Positions 35,442 to 47,196 of a DNA stretch of 64,000 nucleotides are shown here, piece by piece. Positions within the stretch are counted from its first letter, which is position 1. Every line of letters begins with the position of its first letter. This DNA is from Caulobacteraceae bacterium. Its GTDB lineage: Bacteria; Pseudomonadota; Alphaproteobacteria; Caulobacterales; Caulobacteraceae. Made by a program: the position numbers and the translations under genes. The stretch covers positions 866 to 64,865 of the forward strand of contig DATNIH010000040.1 in the NCBI GenBank assembly GCA_035604515.1, read 5' to 3'. The notes under the pieces are model-generated. The model worked only from the letters and a program-made list of their open reading frames with translations, was not told the origin of the DNA and made no database searches.

Positions 35442-37064
35442 ATGACTGCGTCCGCCTTCCCACAGCCGCCCGACCTCGTCCCGGTCCGCCGCGCCCTCCT
35501 CTCGGTTTCCGACAAGACCGGCCTGGTCGAGACCGCCCAGGCCCTGGCCGCCGCCGGGGTGGAGTTGGTCTCCACCGGCGGCACCCGCGCCGCCATCGCC
35601 GCGGCCGGCCTGGCGGTGAAGGACGTCTCGGAGCTGACCGGCTTTCCGGAGATGATGGACGGTCGGGTCAAGACCCTGCACCCGATCGTCCACGGCGGCC
35701 TGCTCGGCGTGCGAGATGCGCCCGAACACGCGGCGGCCATGACCCAGCACGGCATCGGCGCGATCGACCTGCTCTACGTCAACCTCTACCCGTTCGAGGC
35801 GACCGTCGCCCGCGGCGCCGACTTCGCCGAGTGCGTCGAGAACATCGACATCGGCGGCCCGGCGATGATCCGCTCGGCGGCCAAGAACCACGGCTACGTC
35901 GCCGTCTGCACCGCGCCCGAAGACATGGCGGAGGTGGTGGAAGCCTTGAGGTCGGGCGGCACGACGCTGGCGCTGCGCCGCCAGCTCGCCGCCCGCGCCT
36001 ACGCCCGCACCGCAGCCTATGACGCGGCGATCTCGGCCTGGTTCGCCGGCCAGGTCGCCAAACCCGGCGAAAGTGCTGGCTGGCCGGCCCGCAAGTCGAT
36101 CGCCGGCGCGCTGAAGCAGACCATGCGCTACGGCGAGAACCCGCATCAGGCGGCGGCGCTCTACACCTTCCCCAATCCCCGCCCCGGCGTCGCCACCGCG
36201 CGCCAGCTGCAGGGCAAGGAGCTCAGCTACAACAACATCAACGACACCGATGCGGCGCTGGAGCTGGTCGCCGAGTTCGATCCGGCCGCGAGCGCCGCGT
36301 GCGCGATCATCAAGCACGCCAACCCCTGCGGCGTCGCCCTGGGCGCCGACCTGAAGACCGCGTTCGAGCGGGCGCTGCAGTGCGATCCGGTCTCGGCCTA
36401 CGGCGGCATCGTGGCGCTGAACCGCCGGCTCGACTGGGCCGCCGCGCGCGAGATCGTGCGGATCTTCAGCGAGGTGGTGATCGCCCCGGAAGCCGATGAC
36501 GACGCCATCGAGGTGTTCAAGCGCCGCAAGGACGTGCGCCTCTTGGTCACCGGCGCGCTGCCCGACCCTCTGGCCAAGGGCGAGACCTTCAAGTCGGTGG
36601 CCGGCGGCTTCCTGGTGCAGGGCCGCGACGATGCGCGCCTCACCGCCGCCGACCTGAAGATCGTGACCCAGCGCGCGCCGACCGGGAGTGAGGTGCGCGA
36701 CATGCTGTTCGCCTTCACCATCGCCAAGCACGTGAAGTCCAACGCCATCGTCTTCGCCAAGGACGGCCAGACCGGCGGCATCGGCGCCGGCCAGATGAAC
36801 CGGCGCGACAGCGCCCGCATCGCCTCAATGCGCGCCGCCGAGGCCGCCGAGACGGCCGGCCTGCCGGCGTCGCTGGCGGCGGGCTCGGCCTGCGCCTCCG
36901 AGGCGTTCTTCCCGTTCGCCGACGGCCTGATCCAGGCCGCGGACGCCGGCGCCACCGCCGTGATCCAGCCCGGCGGCTCGATCCGCGACGCCGAGGTCAT
37001 CGCCGCCGCCGACGAGCGCGGCGTGGCGATGGCCTTCACCGGCGTGCGGGTGTTCAGGCACTGA
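35442..37064 (+). CDS. purH: Bifunctional AICAR transformylase / IMP cyclohydrolase
   Basis: [57 protein letters not shown]; ATG at 35442. Confidence 0.97.
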   Translation: MTASAFPQPPDLVPVRRALLSVSDKTGLVETAQALAAAGVELVSTGGTRAAIAAAGLAVKDVSELTGFPEMMDGRVKTLHPIVHGGLLGVRDAPEHAAAMTQHGIGAIDLLYVNLYPFEATVARGADFAECVENIDIGGPAMIRSAAKNHGYVAVCTAPEDMAEVVEALRSGGTTLALRRQLAARAYARTAAYDAAISAWFAGQVAKPGESAGWPARKSIAGALKQTMRYGENPHQAAALYTFPNPRPGVATARQLQGKELSYNNINDTDAALELVAEFDPAASAACAIIKHANPCGVALGADLKTAFERALQCDPVSAYGGIVALNRRLDWAAAREIVRIFSEVVIAPEADDDAIEVFKRRKDVRLLVTGALPDPLAKGETFKSVAGGFLVQGRDDARLTAADLKIVTQRAPTGSEVRDMLFAFTIAKHVKSNAIVFAKDGQTGGIGAGQMNRRDSARIASMRAAEAAETAGLPASLAAGSACASEAFFPFADGLIQAADAGATAVIQPGGSIRDAEVIAAADERGVAMAFTGVRVFRH

Positions 37065-37083
37065 CTCCCCTCTGCTTGCGGCG

Positions 37084-37233
37084 GTCCTTCTCCCCTTGCG
37101 GGAGAAGGTGTCGCCGAAGGCGACGGATGAGGGGTCGCGCCAGCGGGTGGTGATCGGCGCGTGGCGAGGGCCCGCGCCGACACCCCTCATCCGACCGCTT
37201 CGCGGCCACCTTCTCCCGCAGGGGGAGAAGGAC
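37084..37233. repeat. Intergenic palindromic element, family A
   Basis: GTCCTTCTCCCCTTGCGGGAGAAGGTG...CGGATGAGGGG...CCCCTCATCCG...CACCTTCTCCCGCAGGGGGAGAAGGAC. Confidence 0.92.
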
Positions 37234-37323
37234 GCCGGGCGATCCGGAGATGGGTTCCCGGAGCAGGGTTGACCATCCTTGCGGAAGCCGGCCAGTGCTC
37301 CACGCAAACACAGGGGAAGCGCC

Positions 37324-38106
37324 ATGGCCTATGCGCCGTTCGATCTGAAGGGCAAGGTCGCCCTCGTCACCGGGGGCAACAGCGGCATCGGCCTCGGCAT
37401 GGCCGAAGCGCTGGCGCAGGCTGGCGCCGACATCGTCATCTGGGGCACCAACTCGGCCAAGAACCAAGCCGCCGAGGGCAAGCTCAGCCAGTTTGGCGTG
37501 CGGGTGCTGGCGCAGCAGGTCAACGTCGCCGACGAGGCGGCGGTGGTGGCGGCGATGGCCGAGGCGGTCGTCGCCATGGGCCGGGTCGACACGGTGATCG
37601 CCAACGCCGGCATCGGCGGCGGCGCGCCGTCGTTTTCGGAGATGAGCCACGACCTGTGGCGTCGGGTGCTGTCAGTGAATCTCGACGGCGTCTTTTTCAC
37701 GACGCGCGAGGCCTGCAAGCACATGGTCGAGCGCGCCAAGACGGGCGATCCTGGCGGCTCGATCATGGTCACCTCGTCGTTGTCGGCCATCTCCGGCGCC
37801 CCGCGCAACGAGGCCTACGCATCGGCCAAGGGCGCGGTGATCACCATGGTCAAGGCGATCGCGGTCGAGCACGCCCGCTACGGCGTGCGCGCCAACGCCA
37901 TCCTGCCCGGCTGGATCGCCACCGAGATGACCGCGGGCGCCCAGGGCTCGGACGTGTTCAACGAGCGCGTGATCGGCCGGGTCCCGTCCCGCCGCTGGGG
38001 CCAGCCGGAGGATTTCGGCGGCATCGCCGTCTACCTCGCCTCCGACGCCTCGCGGTACCACTCCGGCGACAGCGTGATCATCGACGGCGGCTACCACGTG
38101 TTCTGA
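37324..38106 (+). CDS. Short-chain dehydrogenase/reductase
   Basis: TGGNSGIG, NAG, YASAK, NAILPGW; ATG at 37324. Confidence 0.9.
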   Translation: MAYAPFDLKGKVALVTGGNSGIGLGMAEALAQAGADIVIWGTNSAKNQAAEGKLSQFGVRVLAQQVNVADEAAVVAAMAEAVVAMGRVDTVIANAGIGGGAPSFSEMSHDLWRRVLSVNLDGVFFTTREACKHMVERAKTGDPGGSIMVTSSLSAISGAPRNEAYASAKGAVITMVKAIAVEHARYGVRANAILPGWIATEMTAGAQGSDVFNERVIGRVPSRRWGQPEDFGGIAVYLASDASRYHSGDSVIIDGGYHVF

Positions 38107-38118
38107 GGCAGTTCGCCC

Positions 38119-38610
38119 TCAGCTGTGGTTCTTGAGGAAGTCCTCGGGGTTGTCGACGAAGCTGTCGAAGTCGTGCAGGCAGTCCATCCAGGTGCTGAGC
38201 GGGCTGGTCAGGTCGTCCTCGTCGGTGTTGCTGGTGACCGAGATCGAGTACCAGATGTTCGGCGTGTTATCCTTGTCGAGGTAGGCCGGACAGTAGAGCG
38301 TCCAGCGGTTCCAGCGATTGACCTGGTCGACCGTCGGCTTCTTCGAATCCCACGAGGCGCCCAGCAGCATGGTCTTGCAGTAGGTGCGGTCGTCGTCGCA
38401 GGTCTGGAAGTGGACGTCGAAGAAGATGTTGCCGACCTGACCGTCGAAATAGATCTTCCCGTCATCGCCTTTCTTCAGCTGACCGCTGGCGCCGTGCGCC
38501 GTGACGAAGGTGGCGATATCGGCCGAGCGCCGCGCGTCGAACCCGGCGGCGTGCGCCGCACCCGCCGTCGTCAGCGCCAGCGCCAAGCCGGCCAACCAAT
38601 ATCGCGTCAT
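38119..38610 (-). CDS. Exported YbjN-like protein
   Basis: Signal peptide from the ATG at 38610; VNRWN.......AYLD pattern typical of YbjN-type folds. Confidence 0.65.
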   Translation of the reverse strand: MTRYWLAGLALALTTAGAAHAAGFDARRSADIATFVTAHGASGQLKKGDDGKIYFDGQVGNIFFDVHFQTCDDDRTYCKTMLLGASWDSKKPTVDQVNRWNRWTLYCPAYLDKDNTPNIWYSISVTSNTDEDDLTSPLSTWMDCLHDFDSFVDNPEDFLKNHS

Positions 38611-38708
38611 CTCAACCCCCAAAGCGACTGCGCCCAAGCTAAGCCCGCGGCGGCCCTCCGCGCAACGCGCCATGGCGGGGCGTCCACCGAAAGGATAAGC
38701 TGCGCCGA

Positions 38709-39692
38709 ATGGTCGGGGAGGTTGTCGTGCCGGGTATTATTGTACTGGTCCTACTAGGCGTGGCGCTTGTGGTCACGTTCTCGGCGATCAAGACCGTGCC
38801 GCAGGGCTTCGAGTACACGGTGCAACGCTTCGGCCGCTACACCCGCACCCTCAAGCCCGGCATCGCCATCCTGACCCCGTTCGTGGAGACGGTGGGCCGG
38901 CGCATCAGCATGATGGAGCAGGTGCTGCCGGTGCCGCAGCAGGAGGTGATCACCAAGGACAACGTCGGCGTCCAGGTCGACGCCATCGTGTTCATCCAGG
39001 TGATGGACGCCGCGGCGGCCGCCTACCGCGTGGCCAACCTCCAGGGCGCCATCACCCAGCTGACCATGACCAATCTGCGCACCGTGGTCGGCTCTATGGA
39101 GCTCGACGAGGTGCTCTCCAACCGGGAGCACATCAACACCCGGCTGCTGGCCGTGATCGACGAGGCGACCAGCCCCTGGGGGGTCAAGGTGGCGCGGATC
39201 GAGATCAAGGACCTGCAGCCGCCGCCGGACATCACCAACGCCATGACCCGGCAGATGAAGGCCGAGCGCGAGCGGCGCGCGGTGATCACCGAGGCGGAGG
39301 GCGAGCGGCAGGCCGCGATCACCCGGGCCGAGGGCGCCAAGCAGTCGGCGATCCTGCAGGCCGAGGGCCGCAAGGAAGCCGCCTTCCGCGACGCCGAGGC
39401 GCGCGAACGCTCCGCCGCCGCCGAAGCGCAGGCGACCAAGGTGGTCTCCGACGCGATCGAGGGCGGCAGCGTCAACGCGCTGAACTACTTTGTCGCGCAG
39501 AAGTACGTCGAGGCGTTCGGCAAGCTGGCGGAATCGAACCAGCAGCGCACGGTGATCGTGCCGGCCGACTTCGCCGGCATCTCGGGCTCGATCGCCGGGG
39601 TGCTGGAACTGGTGCGCAGCGCCCAGGGCGGCCCGGTCCCGCCGCCCGCGCCGAGGCCGCCTGCGGCGCCCAGGCCGCCGGCCGGGAGCTGA
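38709..39692 (+). CDS. SPFH/band-7 (QmcA-like) membrane protein
   Basis: VQRFGRY, QEVITKDNV, NLRTVVGSMELDE, WGVKV.RIEIKD, QMKAERERRA. Confidence 0.93.
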   Translation: MVGEVVVPGIIVLVLLGVALVVTFSAIKTVPQGFEYTVQRFGRYTRTLKPGIAILTPFVETVGRRISMMEQVLPVPQQEVITKDNVGVQVDAIVFIQVMDAAAAAYRVANLQGAITQLTMTNLRTVVGSMELDEVLSNREHINTRLLAVIDEATSPWGVKVARIEIKDLQPPPDITNAMTRQMKAERERRAVITEAEGERQAAITRAEGAKQSAILQAEGRKEAAFRDAEARERSAAAEAQATKVVSDAIEGGSVNALNYFVAQKYVEAFGKLAESNQQRTVIVPADFAGISGSIAGVLELVRSAQGGPVPPPAPRPPAAPRPPAGS

Positions 39693-39696
39693 CGCC

Positions 39697-40155
39697 ATGG
39701 ATCAAGCGCAGGCCTTCTTCTTCGCCCATCCGTTCTGGGCCTGGATCGCCATCGGCGGCGTGTTCCTGATCGGCGAGCTGCTCACCGGATCCGGCTGGCT
39801 GCTCTGGCCGGCGGCGGCGGCGGCGGTGGTCGCCGTGACCAGCCAGTTCGTCGATCTCGGCTGGCCAAAGGAGATCGTGCTGTTCGTCGCGGCGGCCGTG
39901 GTCTTCACCTACCTCGGCCGCCGGTTCCTGCGACCGGCGCCCAAGGGGACGGGCGATATCAACGATCAGACCCAGCGCGTGGTCGGCCAGGAAGGGGAGG
40001 CGGTTTCGGCGTTCAAGGCGGGGCTCGGCCGCGTCTTCGTCGATGGCAAGGAATGGGCCGCCGAGCTCGACGGCGGCGGCGACCTGGCCCCGAAGTCAAA
40101 AATCCAGGTGCTGGAAATCCTCGGCGGCGCCCGGCTGAAGGTGAAGGCGGAGTAG
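39697..40155 (+). CDS. NfeD-family (YbbJ-like) protein
   Basis: N-terminal hydrophobic helices (GELLTGSGWLLW), GRVFVDGKEW; follows the SPFH gene. Confidence 0.88.
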   Translation: MDQAQAFFFAHPFWAWIAIGGVFLIGELLTGSGWLLWPAAAAAVVAVTSQFVDLGWPKEIVLFVAAAVVFTYLGRRFLRPAPKGTGDINDQTQRVVGQEGEAVSAFKAGLGRVFVDGKEWAAELDGGGDLAPKSKIQVLEILGGARLKVKAE

Positions 40156-40233
40156 GCAGCCGTTGCGAGAGCGCGATCTCGGCGCGCGCCGCTGCCCTGA
40201 CGAGCAAACAAGTTCGGCCAGACCGACCTCCGG

Positions 40234-40836
40234 CTACTTCTTCGCCAGCGCTGCGAGCTGTTCCTGCATCGCGGCCATCTGCTTGCGCAGCTCTGCCAGG
40301 TCGTCCTTGGCGGGCTCGGGGGAGGCGGGCTGGGCCGGCGTCGTCGCCTCGCCCTCGCCGGCGTGGAACGGGAAGGGCGAGAACATCTTCATCGCCCGGT
40401 CGAACAGGGCCAGGTTCTGGCGAATCTGCTCCTCATAGGCGCCGATGCCGGCCGGGTTGAGCGTCGAGAACTGCGTGCGCAGCCGCTCCTGCTGACGGAT
40501 GAAGCTGTCCAGCGAAAGTTCGAGGTAGCTCGGCAGGAAGGCCTGCATCTGATCGCCGTAGAAGCGGATCAGCTGGCGCAGGAACTGGATCGGCAGCAGG
40601 CTCTGGCCGCTGCTCTCCTCCTCGAAGATGATCTGGGTCAGCACCTTGCGGGTGATGTCCTCGCCGGTCTTGGCGTCGTAGACCACGAAGTCGACGCCCT
40701 CGCGCACCATCCCGGCGAGGTCGTCGAGGGTGATGTAGGTGCTGGTCGCCTTGTTGTAGAGCCGCCGGTTGGCGTACTTCTGGATCACCACCTTGCCGTC
40801 GGACGCGGGCTTTCGCGCTTGGCCCTGATCGGTCAT
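40234..40836 (-). CDS. phaR: Polyhydroxyalkanoate synthesis repressor
   Basis: IQKYANRRLYN..TS.YITL, DAKTGEDIT..VLTQIIFEEE, FLRQLI.FYG. Confidence 0.95.
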   Translation of the reverse strand: MTDQGQARKPASDGKVVIQKYANRRLYNKATSTYITLDDLAGMVREGVDFVVYDAKTGEDITRKVLTQIIFEEESSGQSLLPIQFLRQLIRFYGDQMQAFLPSYLELSLDSFIRQQERLRTQFSTLNPAGIGAYEEQIRQNLALFDRAMKMFSPFPFHAGEGEATTPAQPASPEPAKDDLAELRKQMAAMQEQLAALAKK

Positions 40837-40999
40837 CTCTTCCCCGTTTCCCCCCGGTAAGCGCCTTTTTTCGCACTGCGGCGCCGCGCATGCAAACTCA
40901 GCGTGAACCTTGAGTCAAATTTACCGCGACTGAGCGGCGGGGAGTGACGCGGCCGCGCTCAGGGGGCATATGGTTTCAAGCCCTTGAAGGAGGCTCCCC

Positions 41000-42175
<1,176 letters not shown>

Positions 42176-42182
42176 GCGACTG

Positions 42183-42298
42183 CCTTCTCCCCTTGCGGGA
42201 GAAGGTGTCGACGTAATCGACGGATGAGGGGTCGCGCCGGCGCCTCACCCCTCATCCGACCCGCTCCGCGGGCCACCTTCTCCCGCAAGGGGAGAAGG
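42183..42298. repeat. Intergenic palindromic element, family A (short spacer)
   Basis: Same arms as 37084-37233; lies between phaA and phaB. Confidence 0.92.
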
Positions 42299-42318
42299 GC
42301 AAGAAAAGGAGGAAGAGC

Positions 42319-43044
42319 ATGACCAGGGTGGCCTTCGTCACGGGCGGCACGCGCGGCATTGGGCGGGCGATCAGCGCCAGACTGCGCGCCGCCGGCTACA
42401 AGGTGGCCGCGGGTTACGCCGGCAACGAGGTGGCGGCGCAGAGCTGCTCCGACGAGCTCGGCGTCTTCTGCGTGAAGGGCAACGTCTCGTCGTTCTCCGA
42501 CTGTGTCGAGGCGGTGAAGAAGGTCGAGGCCGAGCTCGGCCCGATCGACACCCTGGTCAACAACGCCGGCATCACCCGCGACGCGGTGCTGCACCGCATG
42601 ACCGAGGAGCAGTGGAGCGAGGTGATCCGCGTCAACCTCGCCTCGATCTTCAACATGACCCGCAACGTCATCGAGGGCATGCGCGAGCGCAACTTCGGCC
42701 GCATCGTCAACATCTCGTCGATCAACGGCCAGAAGGGCCAGATCGGCCAATCCAACTATTCGGCCGCCAAGGCCGGCATGATCGGCTTCACCAAAGCGCT
42801 GGCGCAGGAGAACGCCAAGAAGGGCATCACCGTGAACGCGATCGCGCCGGGTTACATCGACACCGAGATGGTCTCGGCGGTGCCGCAGAACGTGCTGGAG
42901 CAGATCATCGCCGCGATTCCGGTCGGGCGCCTCGGCATGGCCGACGAGATCGCCCGCTGCGTCGCCTTCCTGGCGGCGGAAGAAGCCGGTTATATTACCG
43001 GCTCGACGCTGACGGTAAACGGCGGTCAATACATTACCGGCTAG
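42319..43044 (+). CDS. phaB: Acetoacetyl-CoA reductase
   Basis: TGGTRGIG, NNAGITRD, SSINGQKGQ.GQ.NYSAAKAG. Confidence 0.95.
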   Translation: MTRVAFVTGGTRGIGRAISARLRAAGYKVAAGYAGNEVAAQSCSDELGVFCVKGNVSSFSDCVEAVKKVEAELGPIDTLVNNAGITRDAVLHRMTEEQWSEVIRVNLASIFNMTRNVIEGMRERNFGRIVNISSINGQKGQIGQSNYSAAKAGMIGFTKALAQENAKKGITVNAIAPGYIDTEMVSAVPQNVLEQIIAAIPVGRLGMADEIARCVAFLAAEEAGYITGSTLTVNGGQYITG

Positions 43045-43078
43045 TAAGGCGTCCAAAAAGCGCCCCACTCGCGGGGCA

Positions 43079-43861
43079 TTGACGTGGGGAATGGCGGCGC
43101 CGTTGACGGCATTCCGTATGGTTCTGACGTGCGCCGTCGGCCTATTGGCCGCGGCGTTTTCGTCGTTCGCGGCCGCTGCGCCGGTCTCGCTGCTGCGCGA
43201 AGCCTACACCGCCGCGCACATCGGCGGCGAGAAGGCCGGCCAGCCGCTGACCGCGCGTTACGAGATGGATGAAGGCGGCGCCTTCGTGCTCGACCGCTCG
43301 ACCATCAAGCCGCTGTTGAAGTTCGACGACGACCCGGAGATCTGGGCGCTGCAGCCGGCCCCAGGTCCCCGGGGCGATGTGATCTACCGCAACGATGTCG
43401 GCGAGCCGATGGTGCGCGCGACCCGGCTGGGCGGCATGACCGTCTTCACCCCGAAGCGGCCGGATGGCTCGGCCGCCGCCTTCGACGGCGCTTCAGCGCC
43501 GCTGCGGGTGCCGTCGCTGAGCCCGGCGGCGCTGTTCCGCACCTTCTACCAGGCGAGCTTGCGCGCCAGCCGTGCGGCCGGCCACCAGATTGCCTTCGAG
43601 ACGCTGCAGGACGCCGATCCGATCACCGCCGCGCCGGTGGCCGATGCGGCCACCGTCGCCAGCGAGGCGCTGGTCGATATCGCCGTGCTGCCCGGTGGCC
43701 GCGCGGTGCTGGGCCATGTCGTCGATGTCGCCGTCGCCCAGGGCTCAAAGCCGGCCGTGGTGCTGCAAAAGGGCGTGCTCACCGTCACCATCGTCGCCAA
43801 CGAAGGCGTGTTCGGCCGCCCGTCGTCACGCCGGATCGAGCGCGTCGCCTGGACGCGGTAG
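43079..43861 (+). CDS. Exported conserved protein (DUF4908-like)
   Basis: FVLDRS..PLLKF....EIWAL....GPRGD.IYRND.GEP..RATRLGGMTVF; the true start may be a few codons downstream. Confidence 0.7.
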   Translation: MTWGMAAPLTAFRMVLTCAVGLLAAAFSSFAAAAPVSLLREAYTAAHIGGEKAGQPLTARYEMDEGGAFVLDRSTIKPLLKFDDDPEIWALQPAPGPRGDVIYRNDVGEPMVRATRLGGMTVFTPKRPDGSAAAFDGASAPLRVPSLSPAALFRTFYQASLRASRAAGHQIAFETLQDADPITAAPVADAATVASEALVDIAVLPGGRAVLGHVVDVAVAQGSKPAVVLQKGVLTVTIVANEGVFGRPSSRRIERVAWTR

Positions 43862-43874
43862 GGGCGTCTCGCCG

Positions 43875-44909
43875 CTAGCGAAGGTCCCGCCAGCACGGCG
43901 CCTCAGTCCCCGGCCAGGCCGTCGCCTCGAACACCCCCCGCGCGATCGCCCGAGCCAGGCAGTCGGCCGCCAGGGCGCCCAGCCGCGCAACGTCGGCCAG
44001 CCGGCGCTCGCCGAGCGGTCGCTTGCCGGTGGCGAAGGCGAACACGATGTCGCCGTCGAACGGGGCGTGGGCCGGGCGGATGGCGCGGGCGAGGCCGTCC
44101 TGGGCCATGATCGCGAGCCGCTTGGCCTCGGCCGGCGTCAGCGCCGCGTCGGTGGCGACGCAGGCGATGGTGGTGTTGGTGCGCTCGCCGGCCAGCGCGC
44201 TCGTCGCCGGCCCCTTGGCCAGGCCCCAGTCGTCGGGGGCGGCCACGAGCCCCGTCGAACCCAGGCCGCCGAACTCGTCCGCGATCTCGTAGGGCGCCGC
44301 CCAGAAGGTGCGGCCGCCCGGCGCGATCACAGAGCCGAAGCTGTTCACCGCCACGATTGCGCCGACGGTGAAGCCGCCCTGGCTGACCGCCGAGACCGAG
44401 CCAACGCCGCCCTTCAGCCCGCCGGCCATGGCGCCGGCGCCGGCGCCCGCCGTGCCGAGCGCGAACCGCGTCCCCGCGGCCCGCAACGCCGCCGCCCCAA
44501 GCTCGCGATAGGGCGGCGCCTCGCCCCAATCCTTCGCGCCGCCGTTGCCGAGATCGTAGAGGATCGCCGCCGGCACGATCGGCGAGACGGGCGCGCCGAT
44601 CGCCGCGGTCCGGTAGCCGCGCCCGGCCGCGCCCAGCACCGCCGTAACCCCGTCCGCCGCCGCCAGGCCGTAGACCGAGCCGCCGGACAGCACGACCGCG
44701 TCCGCTGCATCGACCAGGTTCTCCGGCGCCAGCACGTCGGTCTCGCGGGTCCCCGGGGCGCCGCCGCGGACGTCGACCGCGCAGACCGCGCGATCGTCGG
44801 CCACGATCACGGTGACGCCGCTGCGCGCCGCATCGTCCTGCGCCTGTCCGACGCGCAGGCCGGCCACGTCGGTGATCAGATTGAGGGGACCGGGGGCGGC
44901 GAGGTTCAT
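43875..44909 (-). CDS. P1-family peptidase (DmpA-like L-aminopeptidase/D-esterase)
   Basis: ITDVAGLRVG, VDVRGGAPGTRETD, LSGGSVYGL, NTT, DGD.VFA. Confidence 0.9.
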   Translation of the reverse strand: MNLAAPGPLNLITDVAGLRVGQAQDDAARSGVTVIVADDRAVCAVDVRGGAPGTRETDVLAPENLVDAADAVVLSGGSVYGLAAADGVTAVLGAAGRGYRTAAIGAPVSPIVPAAILYDLGNGGAKDWGEAPPYRELGAAALRAAGTRFALGTAGAGAGAMAGGLKGGVGSVSAVSQGGFTVGAIVAVNSFGSVIAPGGRTFWAAPYEIADEFGGLGSTGLVAAPDDWGLAKGPATSALAGERTNTTIACVATDAALTPAEAKRLAIMAQDGLARAIRPAHAPFDGDIVFAFATGKRPLGERRLADVARLGALAADCLARAIARGVFEATAWPGTEAPCWRDLR

Positions 44910-44995
44910 CGCCGCTTGCTAGAAGCCGCCGGCTTTGTTGTCCACGACCGCATCGCGCCTATGTTGCGAGGCATAAACCAAGTAGGCCCGAGGGG

Positions 44996-46714
44996 ATGAG
45001 CTTGATGAAGCGCCTGATCGCGGGGCTCGCCGCCCTGATGGCCCTGATCGGCGCGGCCGTGCAGGCCGATCCGGTCGCGCCGCGCGGCCCCCTGGCGCCG
45101 CACGCGATGGTCGCCGCGGCCAATCCGCTCGCCGCCAACGCCGGCCTCAAGGTGCTGCAGAACGGCGGCTCGGCGATGGACGCGGCCGTGGCGGTGCAGA
45201 TGGTGCTGGCGCTGGTCGAGCCGCAGAGCTCCAGCCTCGCAGGCGGCGCCTTCATGGTCTACTTCGACGGCAAGACCCACAAGCTCACCGCCTACGACGG
45301 CCGCGAGGTCGCCCCGGCCGGCGCGACGCCGGCGCTGTTCCTGAAGGACGACGGCACGCCGCTCGGCTTCGGCCAGGCGATCGTCTCCGGCCACTCCGCC
45401 GGCGTGCCGGGCGCGATCGCCATGCTCTACCTGGCGCACAAGGAACACGGCCGGCAGCCCTGGGGCTCGCTGTTCGCCGACGCCGAGAAACTGGCCGACA
45501 ACGGCTTCAACGTCAGCCCGCGCCTGGCCGGCATGATCGCCAGCCCGTTCCCGCCGCAGAACAAGCAGCCAGACACGATCCACTATTTCAGCAACGCCGA
45601 CGGGACGCGGATGAAGGCCGGTGATCTGCTGGTCAACCACGCCTACGCCGCCACCCTGCGCAAGCTCGCCGCCGAAGGCCCGCGGGCCATCCTGACCGGA
45701 CCGATCGCGGCCGACATCGTCAAACGCCTGCACGAAGACCCGCTGCCCAGTTCGATGACGCTGGCCGACCTCGCCGCCTACAAGCCGCACGAAGGCGCCG
45801 CGCTCTGCCGGCCCTACCGCGTCTACCTCGTCTGCTCCGATCAGGCGCCGTCGGGCGGCATGGCCGTGCTCGAGGCGCTGGGCCTGCTGGAACACACCGA
45901 CATCGCCACCCGCGGCCCGAGCGACCCGCAGGCGTGGCTGGAGATCGCCGAGGCCGAGCAGTTGATGTACGCCGACCGCGACACCTACGAGGGCGACCCA
46001 GCCTTCGTCTCGGTGCCGGTCGCGGGCCTGCTCGATCCGGCCTATCTCGCCGAGCGCGCCAAGCTGATCGGCGATGCCGCCTTCGCCAAGCCGCCCGCGC
46101 CCGGCCAGCCCGCCGGGGCGCCGAAGGTGGGGCTCGACGCCACCGCCGAGCCGGGCGGCACCTCGCACTTCGTCATCGTCGATTCGGCCGGCGACGTGGT
46201 CTCGATGACCACGACGGTCGAAAGCATCTTCGGCGACGGCCGGATGGTCGACGGCTTCTTTCTCAACAATCAGCTCACGGACTTTTCCTTTAGTCCCAAG
46301 ACGCCTGGCGGCCTGCCGATCGCCAACGCCGTCGCTTCCGGCAAGCGCCCGCGTTCGTCGATGGCCCCAATCGTCGTGCTCGACCACAAGGGTAACTTCG
46401 TCGCCGCCGTCGGCTCGCCCGGCGGCAACGCCATCCCGTCCTATGTGATCAAGACCCTCGTCGCCGTGCTGGACTGGCGCATGTCGATGCAGGACGCCTC
46501 GGCGCTGCCCAACCTGATCGCCCGCGGCGGCTCGATCCAGAGCGAGCCGAAGCGCTATGCGCCCGGCGTGGTCGACGCGCTGGCCGCCAAGGGCCTGAAG
46601 GTGAGCCCCGGCTTCGCCGCCGAGGGCTCCGGCATCCACGGGATCATCAAGCGGGACGGCGGCTACGAAGGCGGCGCCGATCCCCGCCGCGAGGGCGTGG
46701 CGGTGGGGTACTAG
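44996..46714 (+). CDS. ggt: Gamma-glutamyltransferase
   Basis: GGSAMDAAVA, VEPQSS..GG, DGRE.AP, GTSHF (catalytic Thr), KRPRSSMAP, GSPGG, GGADPRREG. Confidence 0.95.
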   Translation: MSLMKRLIAGLAALMALIGAAVQADPVAPRGPLAPHAMVAAANPLAANAGLKVLQNGGSAMDAAVAVQMVLALVEPQSSSLAGGAFMVYFDGKTHKLTAYDGREVAPAGATPALFLKDDGTPLGFGQAIVSGHSAGVPGAIAMLYLAHKEHGRQPWGSLFADAEKLADNGFNVSPRLAGMIASPFPPQNKQPDTIHYFSNADGTRMKAGDLLVNHAYAATLRKLAAEGPRAILTGPIAADIVKRLHEDPLPSSMTLADLAAYKPHEGAALCRPYRVYLVCSDQAPSGGMAVLEALGLLEHTDIATRGPSDPQAWLEIAEAEQLMYADRDTYEGDPAFVSVPVAGLLDPAYLAERAKLIGDAAFAKPPAPGQPAGAPKVGLDATAEPGGTSHFVIVDSAGDVVSMTTTVESIFGDGRMVDGFFLNNQLTDFSFSPKTPGGLPIANAVASGKRPRSSMAPIVVLDHKGNFVAAVGSPGGNAIPSYVIKTLVAVLDWRMSMQDASALPNLIARGGSIQSEPKRYAPGVVDALAAKGLKVSPGFAAEGSGIHGIIKRDGGYEGGADPRREGVAVGY

Positions 46715-46744
46715 GACGGTAGCTCAGCGGCGCCAAACAGCGCT

Positions 46745-47056
46745 TCAGTTCTTCCAACTGTCCTGAAGCTCCACCGCCGGTCCCTGCCAGGTCCAGCGCA
46801 TCGGGCTCTGAAATCCGTCGCACTTGGGCGGGCCATGTAGGTTGAACGTCTCTTTCGCCCGCTCTTCCCCGACGCACCGCCAAGGTCCGGCGGTGGAAGG
46901 CTTTGCACCGCAGTGGGCGATCGCGTCCGCGCTCGAGCGGGCGACCTCGCGATGTCCGGGGCACGGCTTGGGCCTCTCACCGCCCACCGCAGCGGTGGTC
47001 AGGCCGGCCGCTGCGGCCGCGACTGCGGCCGCCAGAACCATCGTCGCCATCCGCAT
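46745..47056 (-). CDS. Small exported hypothetical protein with four Cys
   Basis: Ala-rich signal-like N-terminus; no family recognised. Confidence 0.45.
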   Translation of the reverse strand: MRMATMVLAAAVAAAAAGLTTAAVGGERPKPCPGHREVARSSADAIAHCGAKPSTAGPWRCVGEERAKETFNLHGPPKCDGFQSPMRWTWQGPAVELQDSWKN

Positions 47057-47196
47057 TGACGCCCCCTTGTCACCGCATCGTCATCCGTACGGTAACACGG
47101 TTTCGCTCGCGCGGCCGCGACCCAGAGCGATCGATCGCCCTTGCACAGCCGAGCTTTTCGTTCGTTGGTTTGCGGTCGAGGTGGAGAGCGGAACCA